Origin: an uncultured bacterium | GTDB taxonomy: Bacteria > Patescibacteriota > JABMPQ01 > CAVVCK01 | Assembly: GCA_963746775.1 (NCBI GenBank) | Contig: CAVVCK010000002.1 | Location: forward strand, 367,592 to 431,591 | Direction: 5' to 3' | DNA: 64,000 nucleotides | Shown: positions 18,159-28,620 of the stretch, one piece after another | How the letters are laid out: each line of letters starts with the position of its first letter | Numbering within the stretch: the first letter of the stretch is position 1 | Notes under the pieces: generated by a model | Seen by the model: only the letters and a program-made list of their open reading frames with translations | What the model was told of the DNA's origin: nothing | Databases searched by the model: none | Program-made: the position numbers and the translations under genes

Positions 18159-19964
18159 TTACCAACTCCCTCCTCCACCACCACCTCCACCGCCACCTGA
18201 TCCCCCGCCAGAAAATCCAGAACCGCCACTAGAAGCAGAAGATGGAGACGATACCATAGTAGTTTGTGAACTAGTAGAAAAACTACTTAAAGAATTAGTT
18301 AGAGCAATAGCTGACCAAGTACCTGTCGTAGAATATCCCTCATACCATTCAGGCGCTTGATTATAAATATCTTTGAAATTCTCCGCCCATTTATTCTCTA
18401 CTCCAAGAGCCATAGCGTAGGGCAAATATTTCTCAAATAATCCTGGTATCATATCAGGTGGATTATGAAATTTCAATCTTTCTTTTTCCGTCACCATCAT
18501 AAATTGTTTAAATCCTTGTATTTTCTCTAAAGTTTCAGCTCCTTTAACGGTCTTTTGGGGCATAAACATAGCAAAAACAAGCATAATTACACCAGATATA
18601 AATACAGAGACTCCTAAATAAAAATTAACTAACATAGATCCTATTATAAAACTTCCAAATATAGCGAACATCGATAGGACGAACAATAATCCGAATCTAG
18701 CTCGGCTAGGATTTTTTGAATAATAGCCTTTAGTAGTTACACTATTATAGATCTTACTTTTAATATCCTGCATATCTTTAAAAAATTTATTCTTCATGTC
18801 CTTCAATTCTTTTTCATTGCCAGAATCAAAAATAGAATCTAATAATTTTTTCTCAAATTCATTCTTTAAATCTACGTTTTCTTTCAATTTTATAAATTTA
18901 TAATCGCTTTTGCTTTTACTGGTTTGTTTTATTTTCAAATAACCATTAATCGCTAATTGAATCAGTGTCGCCGTCACGTCTTTATTATCTGCTCGATTAT
19001 CATAAACAGTACCAATCTCTGCTGGTGTTAGATTATCCGGCGCTTCGTACTCAGCAATAATAGTTCCCCTACCTTTAGGATCCTTGCCTCTTACCCTCCA
19101 GTATAGATAAGAAAGAATTAAAACTAAAAATGGCAAACCTAAATACCAATTATCAGATAATGTCCATAAAATTATTTGTGATAAGGCAGGTTTAGTAGTT
19201 ATGTTTTTAGGCCAACCCAATACGATAGTTAAGCCTTCATATGAATAGAGATCACTATTTGTTTCATAATAAACAGTATTATCATTAATAGCAGAAGCGG
19301 TACAATTGGAAGTTGTACTACCATATGTTCCTGTAAAACATTTAACTTGTATATTATTTTCAGTAATAGATTCTGGTAATATAACTTTGGATTGAGAAAT
19401 CTTAATTGGTACTAACCAATCATTACCAGTTACATTCCAATATAGTTCATCGTGATCTTTGAAATAGTTTAGAGCTCTCTCAACCTTATATGAAATAACA
19501 TAAGTATGAACACCGGTCACATATTGATCAGCATCACCTATTTTAATTTTAATCTTACCGCCCGATTTGGATGTAGTATAAGTATAACCATTGCCTTTTT
19601 CATCTGTCACTTTAATATTAGAAAATCTTAATTTAAAATTACCTCCACGAGCATTATATTTATAAGGAATATCACGATAAATACCATGTTTCTGCAAACT
19701 GCCAAAGTTATACACAATAATTTCTTTTACATCTATAGAACTATCTTTATTAATTTTTATTTCTGAATTAAAATTATTAATTTCTTCGGTATAAGAAGGC
19801 ATATTAGAATCATCAACTGTAATATCTTCTAAAGATGGACTATTATCTATAGCTGTTTGGTCTCCTGATAATGCCCCTTCATCTATTTGAGCTACGGCTT
19901 GAGCAAAATTAAAATTCAAAGCTAGAGCAAAAATAAAAACTAAAAAGGATATTATTTTTTTCAT
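18159..19964 (-). CDS. DUF2207 domain membrane protein (YciQ-like) with poly-Gly C-terminal tail
   Basis: 601 aa; signal peptide, extracellular domain, TM, cytoplasmic segment, TM cluster, and a C-terminal ...SGGGSGGGGGGGGGGSW typical of the DUF2207 family. Confidence 0.65.
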   Translation of the reverse strand: MKKIISFLVFIFALALNFNFAQAVAQIDEGALSGDQTAIDNSPSLEDITVDDSNMPSYTEEINNFNSEIKINKDSSIDVKEIIVYNFGSLQKHGIYRDIPYKYNARGGNFKLRFSNIKVTDEKGNGYTYTTSKSGGKIKIKIGDADQYVTGVHTYVISYKVERALNYFKDHDELYWNVTGNDWLVPIKISQSKVILPESITENNIQVKCFTGTYGSTTSNCTASAINDNTVYYETNSDLYSYEGLTIVLGWPKNITTKPALSQIILWTLSDNWYLGLPFLVLILSYLYWRVRGKDPKGRGTIIAEYEAPDNLTPAEIGTVYDNRADNKDVTATLIQLAINGYLKIKQTSKSKSDYKFIKLKENVDLKNEFEKKLLDSIFDSGNEKELKDMKNKFFKDMQDIKSKIYNSVTTKGYYSKNPSRARFGLLFVLSMFAIFGSFIIGSMLVNFYLGVSVFISGVIMLVFAMFMPQKTVKGAETLEKIQGFKQFMMVTEKERLKFHNPPDMIPGLFEKYLPYAMALGVENKWAENFKDIYNQAPEWYEGYSTTGTWSAIALTNSLSSFSTSSQTTMVSSPSSASSGGSGFSGGGSGGGGGGGGGGSW

Positions 19965-19983
19965 ATTTTATATTATTTTATTT

Positions 19984-20586
19984 TTATAATTTTATATTTT
20001 TAATAAACTCTTTCGCCTTTCTAAAAGCCTGTGCTCGATGACTTATTTTATTTTTCACACTTTTATCCATCTGTGAAAAAGTCTTATTATATCCTTCCGG
20101 TTGAAAAAGAGTATCATAGGGTAAAAATTTATCAGGCACACCTTTCACCTCTCTTGTTATTATACCATTTAATATTCCTTGAAAAAACCATTTTTCTTTT
20201 TTTGGTGAAATAAGCGCTACAGCTGTTTTAAAATATACTTGGCGTTCATCATCGGAAATATTTTTCATTCGCTCTATTACATAATTCATTTTATCTGACT
20301 GATTATCAAATTGCTCCAGCCAACGCTTAGGATAAGCTCCTGGTTTACCTTCTAAGGCTTCAATATAAATCCCTGTATCATCCGCTATTACCCACTCTGA
20401 AGTTTTTTGTGCTACGAAATTTGCTTTCTTTAAAACATTTTCCTCGATAGTTTCTCCATTCTCTTCTGCTTCACCACTAATTCCAGCTTCATCTATACTA
20501 ATTATTTTAATTGTTTTTAAACCGGCAAAAACATCTTTTACTTCTTCTAATTTTCCTTGATTGTGGGTGGCTAGGATTAATTTCAT
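19984..20586 (-). CDS. rdgB: Non-canonical purine NTP pyrophosphatase (RdgB/HAM1)
   Basis: 200 aa; ATHNQGKLEE, DDTGIYIEALEGKPGAY, ISHRAQAF. Confidence 0.8.
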   Translation of the reverse strand: MKLILATHNQGKLEEVKDVFAGLKTIKIISIDEAGISGEAEENGETIEENVLKKANFVAQKTSEWVIADDTGIYIEALEGKPGAYPKRWLEQFDNQSDKMNYVIERMKNISDDERQVYFKTAVALISPKKEKWFFQGILNGIITREVKGVPDKFLPYDTLFQPEGYNKTFSQMDKSVKNKISHRAQAFRKAKEFIKNIKL

Positions 20587-20597
20587 ATAATAAATTT

Positions 20598-20624
20598 GTA
20601 GGGCAGGATCGGATCCTGCCCTAC
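20598..20624 (-). terminator. GC-rich palindromic hairpin (gtagggcaggatc|ggatcctgccctac)
   Basis: Perfect 13-bp-arm palindrome between the inositol monophosphatase and rdgB genes. Confidence 0.5.
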
Positions 20625-20629
20625 CTTAT

Positions 20630-21397
20630 TTAAACTATTTTCAATAATCGCTTATGTATCTTCGTCCCATTACTAACTAAAAACCTATCTCCTTTAAATT
20701 TTTTATTACCCTCAAAATCAGTAATTAATGCTCCTGCCTCCTCAGCTATCAATCTCCCAGCTACCCGATCATAAAACTCGCTGCCATTATGAACAATAGC
20801 TTCTATCTTACCAGCAGCAAATAAACTGAAATCGAGAGCTACCGACCAATTGGTTAAAATTCTTTTTACTTTATATTTATCTAAATTTACTACTAATTTT
20901 TGATAATATTTTCTCGTATTTTTATAACCAGTAATATAAACTACGGAGCATTTCTCTATATCTGATTCCTTATTTACTTTTATTTTTTTATTATTAAAAT
21001 AAGCTCCCTTACTTTTCTCTGCCCAATAAGTCCTCTTTAAAATAGGATCGTGGATTACAGCAAAAACAGGCACTTTTTGATATAATAGAGCAATAGAAAC
21101 AGAAAAATACGGAATACCATAAATAAAATTTAAACTACCGTCTAGTGGATCAATTACAAAGGTATAATCTGAATTTTTATCAATATAATCACATTCCTCT
21201 GACCAAATATTATATTTTGGAAATTCTTTTTTTAAAATTTTTAAAATTGCTTTTTCGGATTCAATATCAGCCATAGTTCTTAAATCTGCTTTGGTGGATT
21301 TTTGTTCTGTTTTTAAATTTTTACCAAAATATTTTGATAATATTTTTCCTCCCATTTTAGCTGATTTTATAATCTTATCTTGTTTTAATTTTTCCAT
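20630..21397 (-). CDS. Inositol monophosphatase family protein (SuhB/CysQ-like)
   Basis: 255 aa; VIDPLDGSLNFIYGIPYFSVSIAL matches the WxIDPLDGT motif region. Confidence 0.75.
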   Translation of the reverse strand: MEKLKQDKIIKSAKMGGKILSKYFGKNLKTEQKSTKADLRTMADIESEKAILKILKKEFPKYNIWSEECDYIDKNSDYTFVIDPLDGSLNFIYGIPYFSVSIALLYQKVPVFAVIHDPILKRTYWAEKSKGAYFNNKKIKVNKESDIEKCSVVYITGYKNTRKYYQKLVVNLDKYKVKRILTNWSVALDFSLFAAGKIEAIVHNGSEFYDRVAGRLIAEEAGALITDFEGNKKFKGDRFLVSNGTKIHKRLLKIV

Positions 21398-21514
21398 ATA
21401 CTATTAGAAAAAATATTTATTTAACAAATAGTTAATCAATTAATCAAAGACCCAGAATCAACTATCATTTTAAGTCGATCCTAAGTTAACTGGTCCTCAA
21501 TTAACTATTTATTC

Positions 21515-22375
21515 CTATGTGTTAGCTTTACTTTTTAAACTCGTTTTTTCTCCCACTCGCACTATTAAACTCCCCACCGGCCAAGCCATCTTTAAAATAT
21601 AGTACTGCCAAGCAGGCTGCCATTTTTTAAAATACTTTAACATTGAGTTTCTGAAATATTTTTGAGTCTTGCCCCGGGGTAGTTGAATAAAACTTTTACC
21701 CTTTAGATCAATGCATTGAACAAATGGATTGTACATCACTTTGAAGCCAGCATTTTTTACTTGCCGGCAATAATCAACCTCCTCAAACCAAATAAAATAT
21801 CTCTCATCTAACCCCCTTATTTTATCAATCACCTCACGCCGAATCATAAAAAAAGAACCGCGAATAGAATCAACTTCGGCCTCTTTGTTATAATCAAAAT
21901 CAACCCGCAAATATTTATTTAAAATATTTTTAAAAATATGAGGTAGTTTTAAAATAATTGCTAGCTGATCGCTTAGTTTTGGATATCTTCTGACGTGCTG
22001 AAAATCACTGCCATCTTCCTTAACCAATCGACATCCACCTACTCCTACCTCTTTGTGCTCATCCATCCATTTGACCATTTTTGCAAAAGAATCTTCAAAG
22101 CATTTCATGTCGGGATTATAGAGTAAAACGTATCTACCTTGAGATTTTTTAATGGCTTGATTATTAGCTTTGGCAAATCCATAATTTTCTGAATTAGCAA
22201 TTAATTTTACTTGAGGAAATTCTTCTCTTATCATTTTAACTGATCCATCACTAGAACAATTATCAACCACAAAAACTTCAAAACTAATATTTTGGCTACT
22301 ATGAAATATTGATTTTAAATTTTCTCTTAAAATATCTTTTACGTTCCAAGAGACAATAATTATAGAGAGGTCCAT
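21515..22375 (-). CDS. Glycosyltransferase family 2
   Basis: 286 aa; LSIIIVSWNVKD...VVDNCSSDGS (GT2 DxD region). Confidence 0.75.
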   Translation of the reverse strand: MDLSIIIVSWNVKDILRENLKSIFHSSQNISFEVFVVDNCSSDGSVKMIREEFPQVKLIANSENYGFAKANNQAIKKSQGRYVLLYNPDMKCFEDSFAKMVKWMDEHKEVGVGGCRLVKEDGSDFQHVRRYPKLSDQLAIILKLPHIFKNILNKYLRVDFDYNKEAEVDSIRGSFFMIRREVIDKIRGLDERYFIWFEEVDYCRQVKNAGFKVMYNPFVQCIDLKGKSFIQLPRGKTQKYFRNSMLKYFKKWQPAWQYYILKMAWPVGSLIVRVGEKTSLKSKANT

Positions 22376-22426
22376 TTGAATTGAAATAAAATATTACTTT
22401 GTTCTTAAGTGACTTGTTATTCTGAC

Positions 22427-24247
22427 TTACCTTTCCATCAACGCTTCAATATGCTTCTGTGTTTTAACTCTACGCTTTATCTGCTCTCGTCTATCTCTAA
22501 TTGGTTTTCTTAATTTTATTAATTTAAACCATTGTTTTATTAGATACGGTTCAAAAAATATTGTATAAGAATTACTCTTTACTTCATACCAAAATGTTTT
22601 AAATTTAACTTCATTAGAATAACTACTATCTACAATTTTTCCCAATATAATGTGATGATTCAGCCAAGACCATTCTTTATATTTTTGATTTCTCTCCCTT
22701 CTCCCTTTTATAGTTGCCACCACTCCTTGCCCTTTGGATTCAATGCTTCTGTCGTGATAAATTTTAGCTTTTGGCGTATAAATACTTTTATAGCCCGCAC
22801 ATTGCAAACGATAAGCTAAATCAACATCTTCTTTATACATAAACATTAATTCATCAAAATATTCTTTAGTACCGTTTTCCCTTATAAAAGCTACATCATC
22901 CAAAGAAGATATTCGATAAATTGCCGCTGCACCTGAAGTGCCAAATATTTCTTCTTCACTGTCATATTGGCCATAATCAATATCACCTTGGCCACGGTCT
23001 ATAAATCTATGCTCTCGTGTAATTCCAATACCCACCGTATCTATAAAATTTGTTTTACCCTGAAAACTTTCATCACGTTTTTCAAAATCCCATCTTTTTA
23101 CCTTACAAGTAGCAGAAGCCACTTGTGGAGTCTTCATAACAGCATAAACTAATTCTTCAACTACATTAGGTTCATAAATCATATCTGGATTAGTAGTTAA
23201 GAAATAATCTGCTTTGATTTTTCTCGCTTCTTCAATTAATAAATTATTAGCTTTGGCAAAACCTAAATTCTCGCCAGTATGTATTATTTTAGCCTCTGGA
23301 CAATATTTTTTAATATAGCCTACATTCTCATTGTCTTTATTAACACTATTATCAACAAATACTAATTCTATGTTTTGATAACTTTGCTCTTTTATACTAG
23401 GCAATAAATATGGTAAATATTTAGAAGTTTTGTAGCTTCCGTCCTCATTATCATATAAAACCATACCTATCACTACTTTGGGGGCATTTTTTTGTTCTAG
23501 TGATAGCGGATCACGAGGCTTATTAGATTGCCTTAATTTATAAGCAGCATCAACTAAGCTTTCATGTGTGCCAGCGTCATACCAAAATCCTTTCAATATC
23601 CCAGCTTTCATTTTGCCTTTTCTAACATATATGTTATTCAAATCAGTAATTTCAAGTTCCCCTCTCTCAGAAGGTTTTAATTTTTTAATATAGTTAAAGG
23701 CATTACTATCATAAATATATAATCCCACAGCCGCCCAATCAGTCTGAGGGTCTTTTGGTTTCTCAACTATTTTAATAACCTTATCACCATCTAGATGTGC
23801 TACACCAAACCTTTCTGGATCAGGAACTTTTTTCAAAAATATTTCCGCGCCCTCTTCGAAATCCTGCACATCCTTAACAATATTATCTTCAATAATATTA
23901 TCACCAAATACAACCGTAAAATTATCCTCTCCTACAAACCCTTCAGCCAACCCTACAGCATAAGCCAAGCCTCCGGCATGATCCTGGACTTTGAAAGAAA
24001 AATTAGCATTAAATTCTTTACCGGATCCTAATAACTTAGCAAAGTCCCCAGCATTATCTTTTCCCGGCATAATTAAAATATCCGTAATCCCTGCTCTCAT
24101 TAGAGTCTGGATCGGATAATAAATCATAGGCTGGTTGTAAACTGGTAGTAAATGCTTATTAGTTACCTTAGTATTGGGAAAAAGTCTACTCCCGGTACCA
24201 CCTGCTAATATTACTCCTTTCATCTTTTTAACCATATTTTTAGTCAA
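22427..24247 (-). CDS. Bifunctional sugar-1-phosphate nucleotidyltransferase (RmlA-like) / family 2 glycosyltransferase fusion
   Basis: 606 aa; N-terminal KGVILAGGTGSRLFP nucleotidyltransferase fold; C-terminal VVIGMVLYDNEDG...VFVDNSV GT2 domain. Confidence 0.65.
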   Translation of the reverse strand: MTKNMVKKMKGVILAGGTGSRLFPNTKVTNKHLLPVYNQPMIYYPIQTLMRAGITDILIMPGKDNAGDFAKLLGSGKEFNANFSFKVQDHAGGLAYAVGLAEGFVGEDNFTVVFGDNIIEDNIVKDVQDFEEGAEIFLKKVPDPERFGVAHLDGDKVIKIVEKPKDPQTDWAAVGLYIYDSNAFNYIKKLKPSERGELEITDLNNIYVRKGKMKAGILKGFWYDAGTHESLVDAAYKLRQSNKPRDPLSLEQKNAPKVVIGMVLYDNEDGSYKTSKYLPYLLPSIKEQSYQNIELVFVDNSVNKDNENVGYIKKYCPEAKIIHTGENLGFAKANNLLIEEARKIKADYFLTTNPDMIYEPNVVEELVYAVMKTPQVASATCKVKRWDFEKRDESFQGKTNFIDTVGIGITREHRFIDRGQGDIDYGQYDSEEEIFGTSGAAAIYRISSLDDVAFIRENGTKEYFDELMFMYKEDVDLAYRLQCAGYKSIYTPKAKIYHDRSIESKGQGVVATIKGRRERNQKYKEWSWLNHHIILGKIVDSSYSNEVKFKTFWYEVKSNSYTIFFEPYLIKQWFKLIKLRKPIRDRREQIKRRVKTQKHIEALMER

Positions 24248-24377
24248 ATTTAATGATTATTACTATTAAATTTAACTAAAATTATGGGTTTTTGTCAAAT
24301 TGTATTCTTCTTTTGTTTATAAATATTATTTTATGTTAAAATATTAGATATAATTCTATTTTTTATTTTATAAAATT

Positions 24378-24797
24378 ATGAATGAAACAACAGAATTTTC
24401 TACAAATCCAGAAGAAGAGATAAGCCCGGAGCAAATAAGAGCTATTATTCAGGATGTTATTGACGGTGCTTATAAACTTTTTGATGTCAAAACTATGGCC
24501 GATTACGATGCTGAATTTTCAGGAGAAGAGCCTTTATTTATAAACATCTGGAATAAAAAAGAAGGCCACAATTTCGGATATATTGTCTTTCATGATTTTT
24601 TAAGAAAAGTCGGACAAGACAATACTTTTCTATCAACCGATCTGACAAGTCCAGGTAAAAAGTTATTTGAAAAAGCAATTCAAGATAGTTTAATAGAGAA
24701 AATGACCGAAAATATAGGACTTCATAGAATGACTCGTTATAAAGTAATAAACGATCCTAATAAAAATTTAGAAAAAATAAAAAATCAAATAATATAA
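24378..24797 (+). CDS. Hypothetical protein
   Basis: 139-aa ORF, one of the few on the plus strand; no motif recognised. Confidence 0.3.
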   Translation: MNETTEFSTNPEEEISPEQIRAIIQDVIDGAYKLFDVKTMADYDAEFSGEEPLFINIWNKKEGHNFGYIVFHDFLRKVGQDNTFLSTDLTSPGKKLFEKAIQDSLIEKMTENIGLHRMTRYKVINDPNKNLEKIKNQII

Positions 24798-24979
24798 AAT
24801 TTATTAATTCCTAATCAAGTTTAATAAGTTTGAAAAAAATAAAAAGCCAATTTAGAAAAACTAAACCAGCTTCTTATAAATAAGTCTATATATAATCTAT
24901 TTAATTTTGAATTTGCCCTTTTGACATGAAGTCCGGCCGGGCTAGCCAAGGAGAAAGGGCTTGTTTTCTAAAATATTGT

Positions 24980-25114
24980 TCATTCCCTCCTAAGAAGAGA
25001 AAAGAGCTCCCTACAAAACCTCATCACCGAACGTCTCTTTCCACCACATTCTTCACATCTCGATGTGGCATAATTGTTATGTCCACAATACCCACACCTC
25101 CATGATAAATCCAT
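24980..25114 (-). CDS. Small zinc-ribbon protein (44 aa)
   Basis: Unlisted minus ORF MDLSWRCGYCGHNNYATSRCEECGGKRRSVMRFCRELFSLLRRE with a GGAGG Shine-Dalgarno 8 nt upstream. CxxC...CxxC. Confidence 0.35.
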   Translation of the reverse strand: MDLSWRCGYCGHNNYATSRCEECGGKRRSVMRFCRELFSLLRRE

Positions 25115-25193
25115 CAACCAACCTCCAATATTATTTTATTCTATTTTTTAAAATAAATCAAAGATCTAATTTCTAATACCTACTCTCTACTCC

Positions 25194-26714
25194 CTAACTC
25201 TGCCTACTCCTATACTGTATCGCCTCAGCCACATGTTCAGATAAAACTTCATCATTTCCATCTAAATCAGCTATAGTTCTAGATAATTTCAATATTCTAT
25301 TAAAACCGCGAGCCGATAGGTGCATATTAGTCACCGCCATTTTGACTAATTCCTGGGATTTACTATCTAAATTACAAAATTCCTTCAGCTCTTTATTCCC
25401 CATTTCAGAATTACAGGTAATATGATAATTTTCATATCGTCTCTCTTGTATTTCCCTTGCCTTTTGTACTCTTTCTTTTATATTAGCTGACTTTTCAGCC
25501 AAATCTTTAGAAATAAGTTTTTCATATTTTACCTTAGGAACATCTATATATAAATCTATACGATCAAGCAGTGGCCCAGAAATCTTTTTTTGGTATCTAA
25601 TTATCTCATTGGGTGTACAGGTGCATTCTTGATCAGAACTTCCATAAAATCCGCAAGGGCAGGGATTCATAGAGGCAAGTAGTGTAAATTTGGCTGGAAA
25701 AATTATAGTTTGCTGAGCACGAGAAATTTGAATAACTGAATCTTCCAGTGGCTGTCTTAAATTTTCTAATACTTGTCTTTCAAATTCCGGTAATTCATCT
25801 AAAAATAATACTCCTCGGTGAGACAAGCTTATCTCACCTGGCCTAGGCCAAGCTCCTCCGCCAACTAGAGATACTCCAGAAGATGTATGATGAGGAGATC
25901 TAAATGGCCTCTCAGAAATAAGAGGCTGATCTTTAGGCAATATACCAGCAATGCTATAAATTTTAGTTACTTCCAGTGATTCATCTAAAGTCATTTTAGG
26001 TAAAATAGAAGGCATAGTTTTAGCTAGGAGTGTTTTACCTGATCCGGGAGGTCCCGACATGAGAATGTTGTGCCCTCCAGCAGCTGCTATTTCAAAAGCA
26101 CGCTTGGCATTTTCTTGGCCTTTTACATAAGCCATATCAAATTTATATTTATTTTCGTAGGATACAAAAAAATCCTCCTTATTTTTTTGATAAGCAGGAA
26201 TTTTTTCTGTTTCTCGCAAATGCATTATTAAATCAGTAAATTTTTTAACTGGAATAATTTCAATACCGTCTATTAAACTTGCCTCTTTAGCATTATCTTC
26301 CGGTAAAAATAATGTTTTAAATCCCAATTTCTGACACATAATAGCTACCGGTAAAACTCCGTTAACTGGCCTTAATTTTCCATCTAGAGCTAATTCACCA
26401 ATAAATATTTTACTTTCTGGATTAAAATTAATTTGAGCCGTTGTCTGCATAATGGCAACCGCAATAGGCAAATCATAAGACGGTCCTGCTTTTCTTAAAT
26501 CTGCCGGCGCTAAATTTACAGTAATTCTTGTTCCAGGAAAAAAGGAATCACTATTTTTAATAGCTGATCTTACTCTCTCTCTTGATTCTGAAACTGCTGC
26601 ATCAGGTAATCCTACCACATTAAACTTTGGCAACCCTCCTAATACATCAGCTTCAACTTCTATTGGTTCAGAATCGAGACCAACTAAAGCGGCTGAATAT
26701 ACTTTTGAAGCCAT
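25194..26714 (-). CDS. comM: YifB/ComM family Mg-chelatase-like AAA+ ATPase
   Basis: 506 aa; ChlI-type Walker A GPPGSGKT; matches the ComM/YifB domain order. Confidence 0.85.
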   Translation of the reverse strand: MASKVYSAALVGLDSEPIEVEADVLGGLPKFNVVGLPDAAVSESRERVRSAIKNSDSFFPGTRITVNLAPADLRKAGPSYDLPIAVAIMQTTAQINFNPESKIFIGELALDGKLRPVNGVLPVAIMCQKLGFKTLFLPEDNAKEASLIDGIEIIPVKKFTDLIMHLRETEKIPAYQKNKEDFFVSYENKYKFDMAYVKGQENAKRAFEIAAAGGHNILMSGPPGSGKTLLAKTMPSILPKMTLDESLEVTKIYSIAGILPKDQPLISERPFRSPHHTSSGVSLVGGGAWPRPGEISLSHRGVLFLDELPEFERQVLENLRQPLEDSVIQISRAQQTIIFPAKFTLLASMNPCPCGFYGSSDQECTCTPNEIIRYQKKISGPLLDRIDLYIDVPKVKYEKLISKDLAEKSANIKERVQKAREIQERRYENYHITCNSEMGNKELKEFCNLDSKSQELVKMAVTNMHLSARGFNRILKLSRTIADLDGNDEVLSEHVAEAIQYRSRQS

Positions 26715-26754
26715 TTTTTATAGAATAATTATATAATTTATCTTATCATCTTTA

Positions 26755-26905
26755 AAATTCACCTAATTCATCTAATTTCTAATTCACCTAATAAAATAAC
26801 TAAATATCAAAGTAATAAATTTTAAAAAGTATATTTAATTTTTATATTTTTATTATTTAACCTTTTATTAGGTGAATTAGATGAATTGGTAATTAGGTGA
26901 ATTTT
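26755..26905. repeat. MITE-like palindromic intergenic element, family A (arms aattcacctaattcatctaa... / ttattaggtgaattagatgaatt...)
   Basis: ~40-bp imperfect inverted-repeat arms around an AT-rich spacer. A second copy lies at 42915..43042 and a half copy at 27324..27364. Confidence 0.55.
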
Positions 26906-26914
26906 AATCTTTCT

Positions 26915-27300
26915 TTTCTAAATTTTTCTTTTTTTCAGTTTCCTTAGCTTTTATAATAATAGACATAAAAATAAGATTTAATTCATGTCCTCCTTTAGCA
27001 TACTCTAAACATGCTTTTGATAACATCCTAATAAAATGTTTTGACTCTTTTGCTTCTTTATTAGCAATAGCCATTTTATGAATAAAATCCTTATTACTCT
27101 CGGCGCAATCTGCTTCACAGTAATTAGCACCAATACTTGTAGCTGAAGCAGCTAACTGCGGTATTAAACGTTTAGTAATATCATTTCTTGGTAATTTTCC
27201 AATCCAATCAATTATATTCTCGCCAAACTTAGCTGTTCTTTCTTCTAAATCATATTTTTTATTAACTTTTTCTTTGTCTTCCTCCTTAAGACATTTTATT
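26915..27300 (-). CDS. Four-helix-bundle protein (23S rRNA intervening-sequence protein family); start codon uncertain
   Basis: Unlisted minus ORF ...FGENIIDWIGKLPRNDITKRLIPQLAASATSIGANYCEADCAESNKDFIHKMAIANKEAKESKHFIRMLSKA... typical of the TIGR02436/PF05635 family. No in-frame ATG/GTG/TTG near the 5' end; possibly ATA/ATT-initiated or frameshifted. Confidence 0.5.
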
Positions 27301-27317
27301 TTTTTATATTTTATCTT

Positions 27318-27806
27318 TTAATTTTTATTAGATGAATTGTAATTTAGGTGAATTTTATTAGATCTTTTATCTATTAACCCCAACTCCTTCAAAATCAACA
27401 ACCCTATCCCTACCACTATTGCCACATCAGCCAAATTAATAGCTGAAATATTGAAAAAAAGCAGATAATCAACTACAAATCCATGCAAAATCCGATCAAT
27501 AATATTGCTTATCGCTCCTACCCCAATTAGTAATAAAGAAGTGATGACTAAATTATCTTTATTTTTTATTTCTTTTTTAAATTTTTCAAAAATAAAATAA
27601 ATTATAACCGCTACTAAAATATAAAATAATTCCTGATTGATTTTAATACCAAAAGCTATCCCCTCATTTTTATACAGTCCAAACTCAAATTTACTCCAAA
27701 TAAAAAAACCTCCTCTTTGTGTAAAATATATAGCATACCATTTTAGTAACTGATCAAGCGTTAATACTATAATACCACATAAATATATCCAAAATCTTTT
27801 ACCCAT
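27318..27806 (-). CDS. lspA: Lipoprotein signal peptidase II
   Basis: 162 aa; NEGIAFG and NIIDRILHGFVVDY catalytic-Asp motifs. Confidence 0.8.
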   Translation of the reverse strand: MGKRFWIYLCGIIVLTLDQLLKWYAIYFTQRGGFFIWSKFEFGLYKNEGIAFGIKINQELFYILVAVIIYFIFEKFKKEIKNKDNLVITSLLLIGVGAISNIIDRILHGFVVDYLLFFNISAINLADVAIVVGIGLLILKELGLIDKRSNKIHLNYNSSNKN

Positions 27807-27970
27807 AAATAGTGTGTAATTCCTAATTACCTATGTCTCTTCGACAGGTCGCCAAAGAGGTAACAATTAATAATTTCTAACAAAAACATAAATATTCAAT
27901 TCTTAACTTAAAAATTAGTCATTTAATATTTTATTAGAAATTGGATAGTAGGAATTAGGAATTAATATGT

Positions 27971-28363
27971 TTATCCACTATAATATTTTCCTCTCTTATC
28001 TCCAGAAGCACATTTAATACACTCACTAGCTGCTGGATCAGCCTTTAATCTATCTTCTGAAATATCTATACCGCATTTTTTACATTTTCCATAATCACCA
28101 CCTTCAATCCTAATAATTGCCTCATTAACTTCTTTTAGACGCATTTCTAAATTTGCTTCAAGAGATAATTTTTTATCGTATTCAGAAACTTCCGTGGCTT
28201 CTGATGTCTGATCAAATACTTCATTGCCATAATCTTCATATCTAGCATCATAATCCCCTTTCAAATTTTTATCCTTACTGGCTATTTTAGCTAAATCTTC
28301 TACTAATTCATTTTTTTCTTTAATTAATAGCTCTTTTAAGTCTTTTTTTAATTCTTCTTGCAT
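27971..28363 (-). CDS. DksA/TraR family C4 zinc-finger transcriptional regulator
   Basis: 130 aa; coiled-coil N-terminus; C-terminal CKKCGIDISEDRL...CIKC. Confidence 0.65.
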   Translation of the reverse strand: MQEELKKDLKELLIKEKNELVEDLAKIASKDKNLKGDYDARYEDYGNEVFDQTSEATEVSEYDKKLSLEANLEMRLKEVNEAIIRIEGGDYGKCKKCGIDISEDRLKADPAASECIKCASGDKRGKYYSG

Positions 28364-28508
28364 GTTTTAAGTTTTATATTTTTAAAATTTATATTCTAAT
28401 TATATATAAATTAATTAAATAAATCTAGCATTATTTGTCCATAAACAAAAAAACCCTCTATTAGGGTATTGTTTTAGGGCGCCTATGCGCCCGTTTTTTT
28501 ATAATATT

Positions 28509-28620
28509 GGCGCTAGGCGCCCTGATGTGCTTCATGCTAACTCGAATACCTCCCGAAGGAAGTAACCAAGATGACCGCATAAAGCAGAAGGTCGCCTGAC
28601 AAGCCTGGAAAGCTTGTCCT
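28509..28620 (+). ncRNA. ffs: Signal recognition particle RNA (4.5S/ffs), approximate boundaries
   Basis: ctcCCGAAGGAAGTAACCAAGATGACCGC aligns with the SRP domain IV consensus uCCGGAAGGAAGCAGCCAAGG...GAUGACGCG. The flanking strands pair (ggcgccctgatgtgcttcatgc / gcataaagcagaaggtcgcc). The segment is GC-richer than its surroundings. A hairpin plus T-tract precedes it, and a gacaagc...gcttgtc hairpin follows. Confidence 0.55.
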
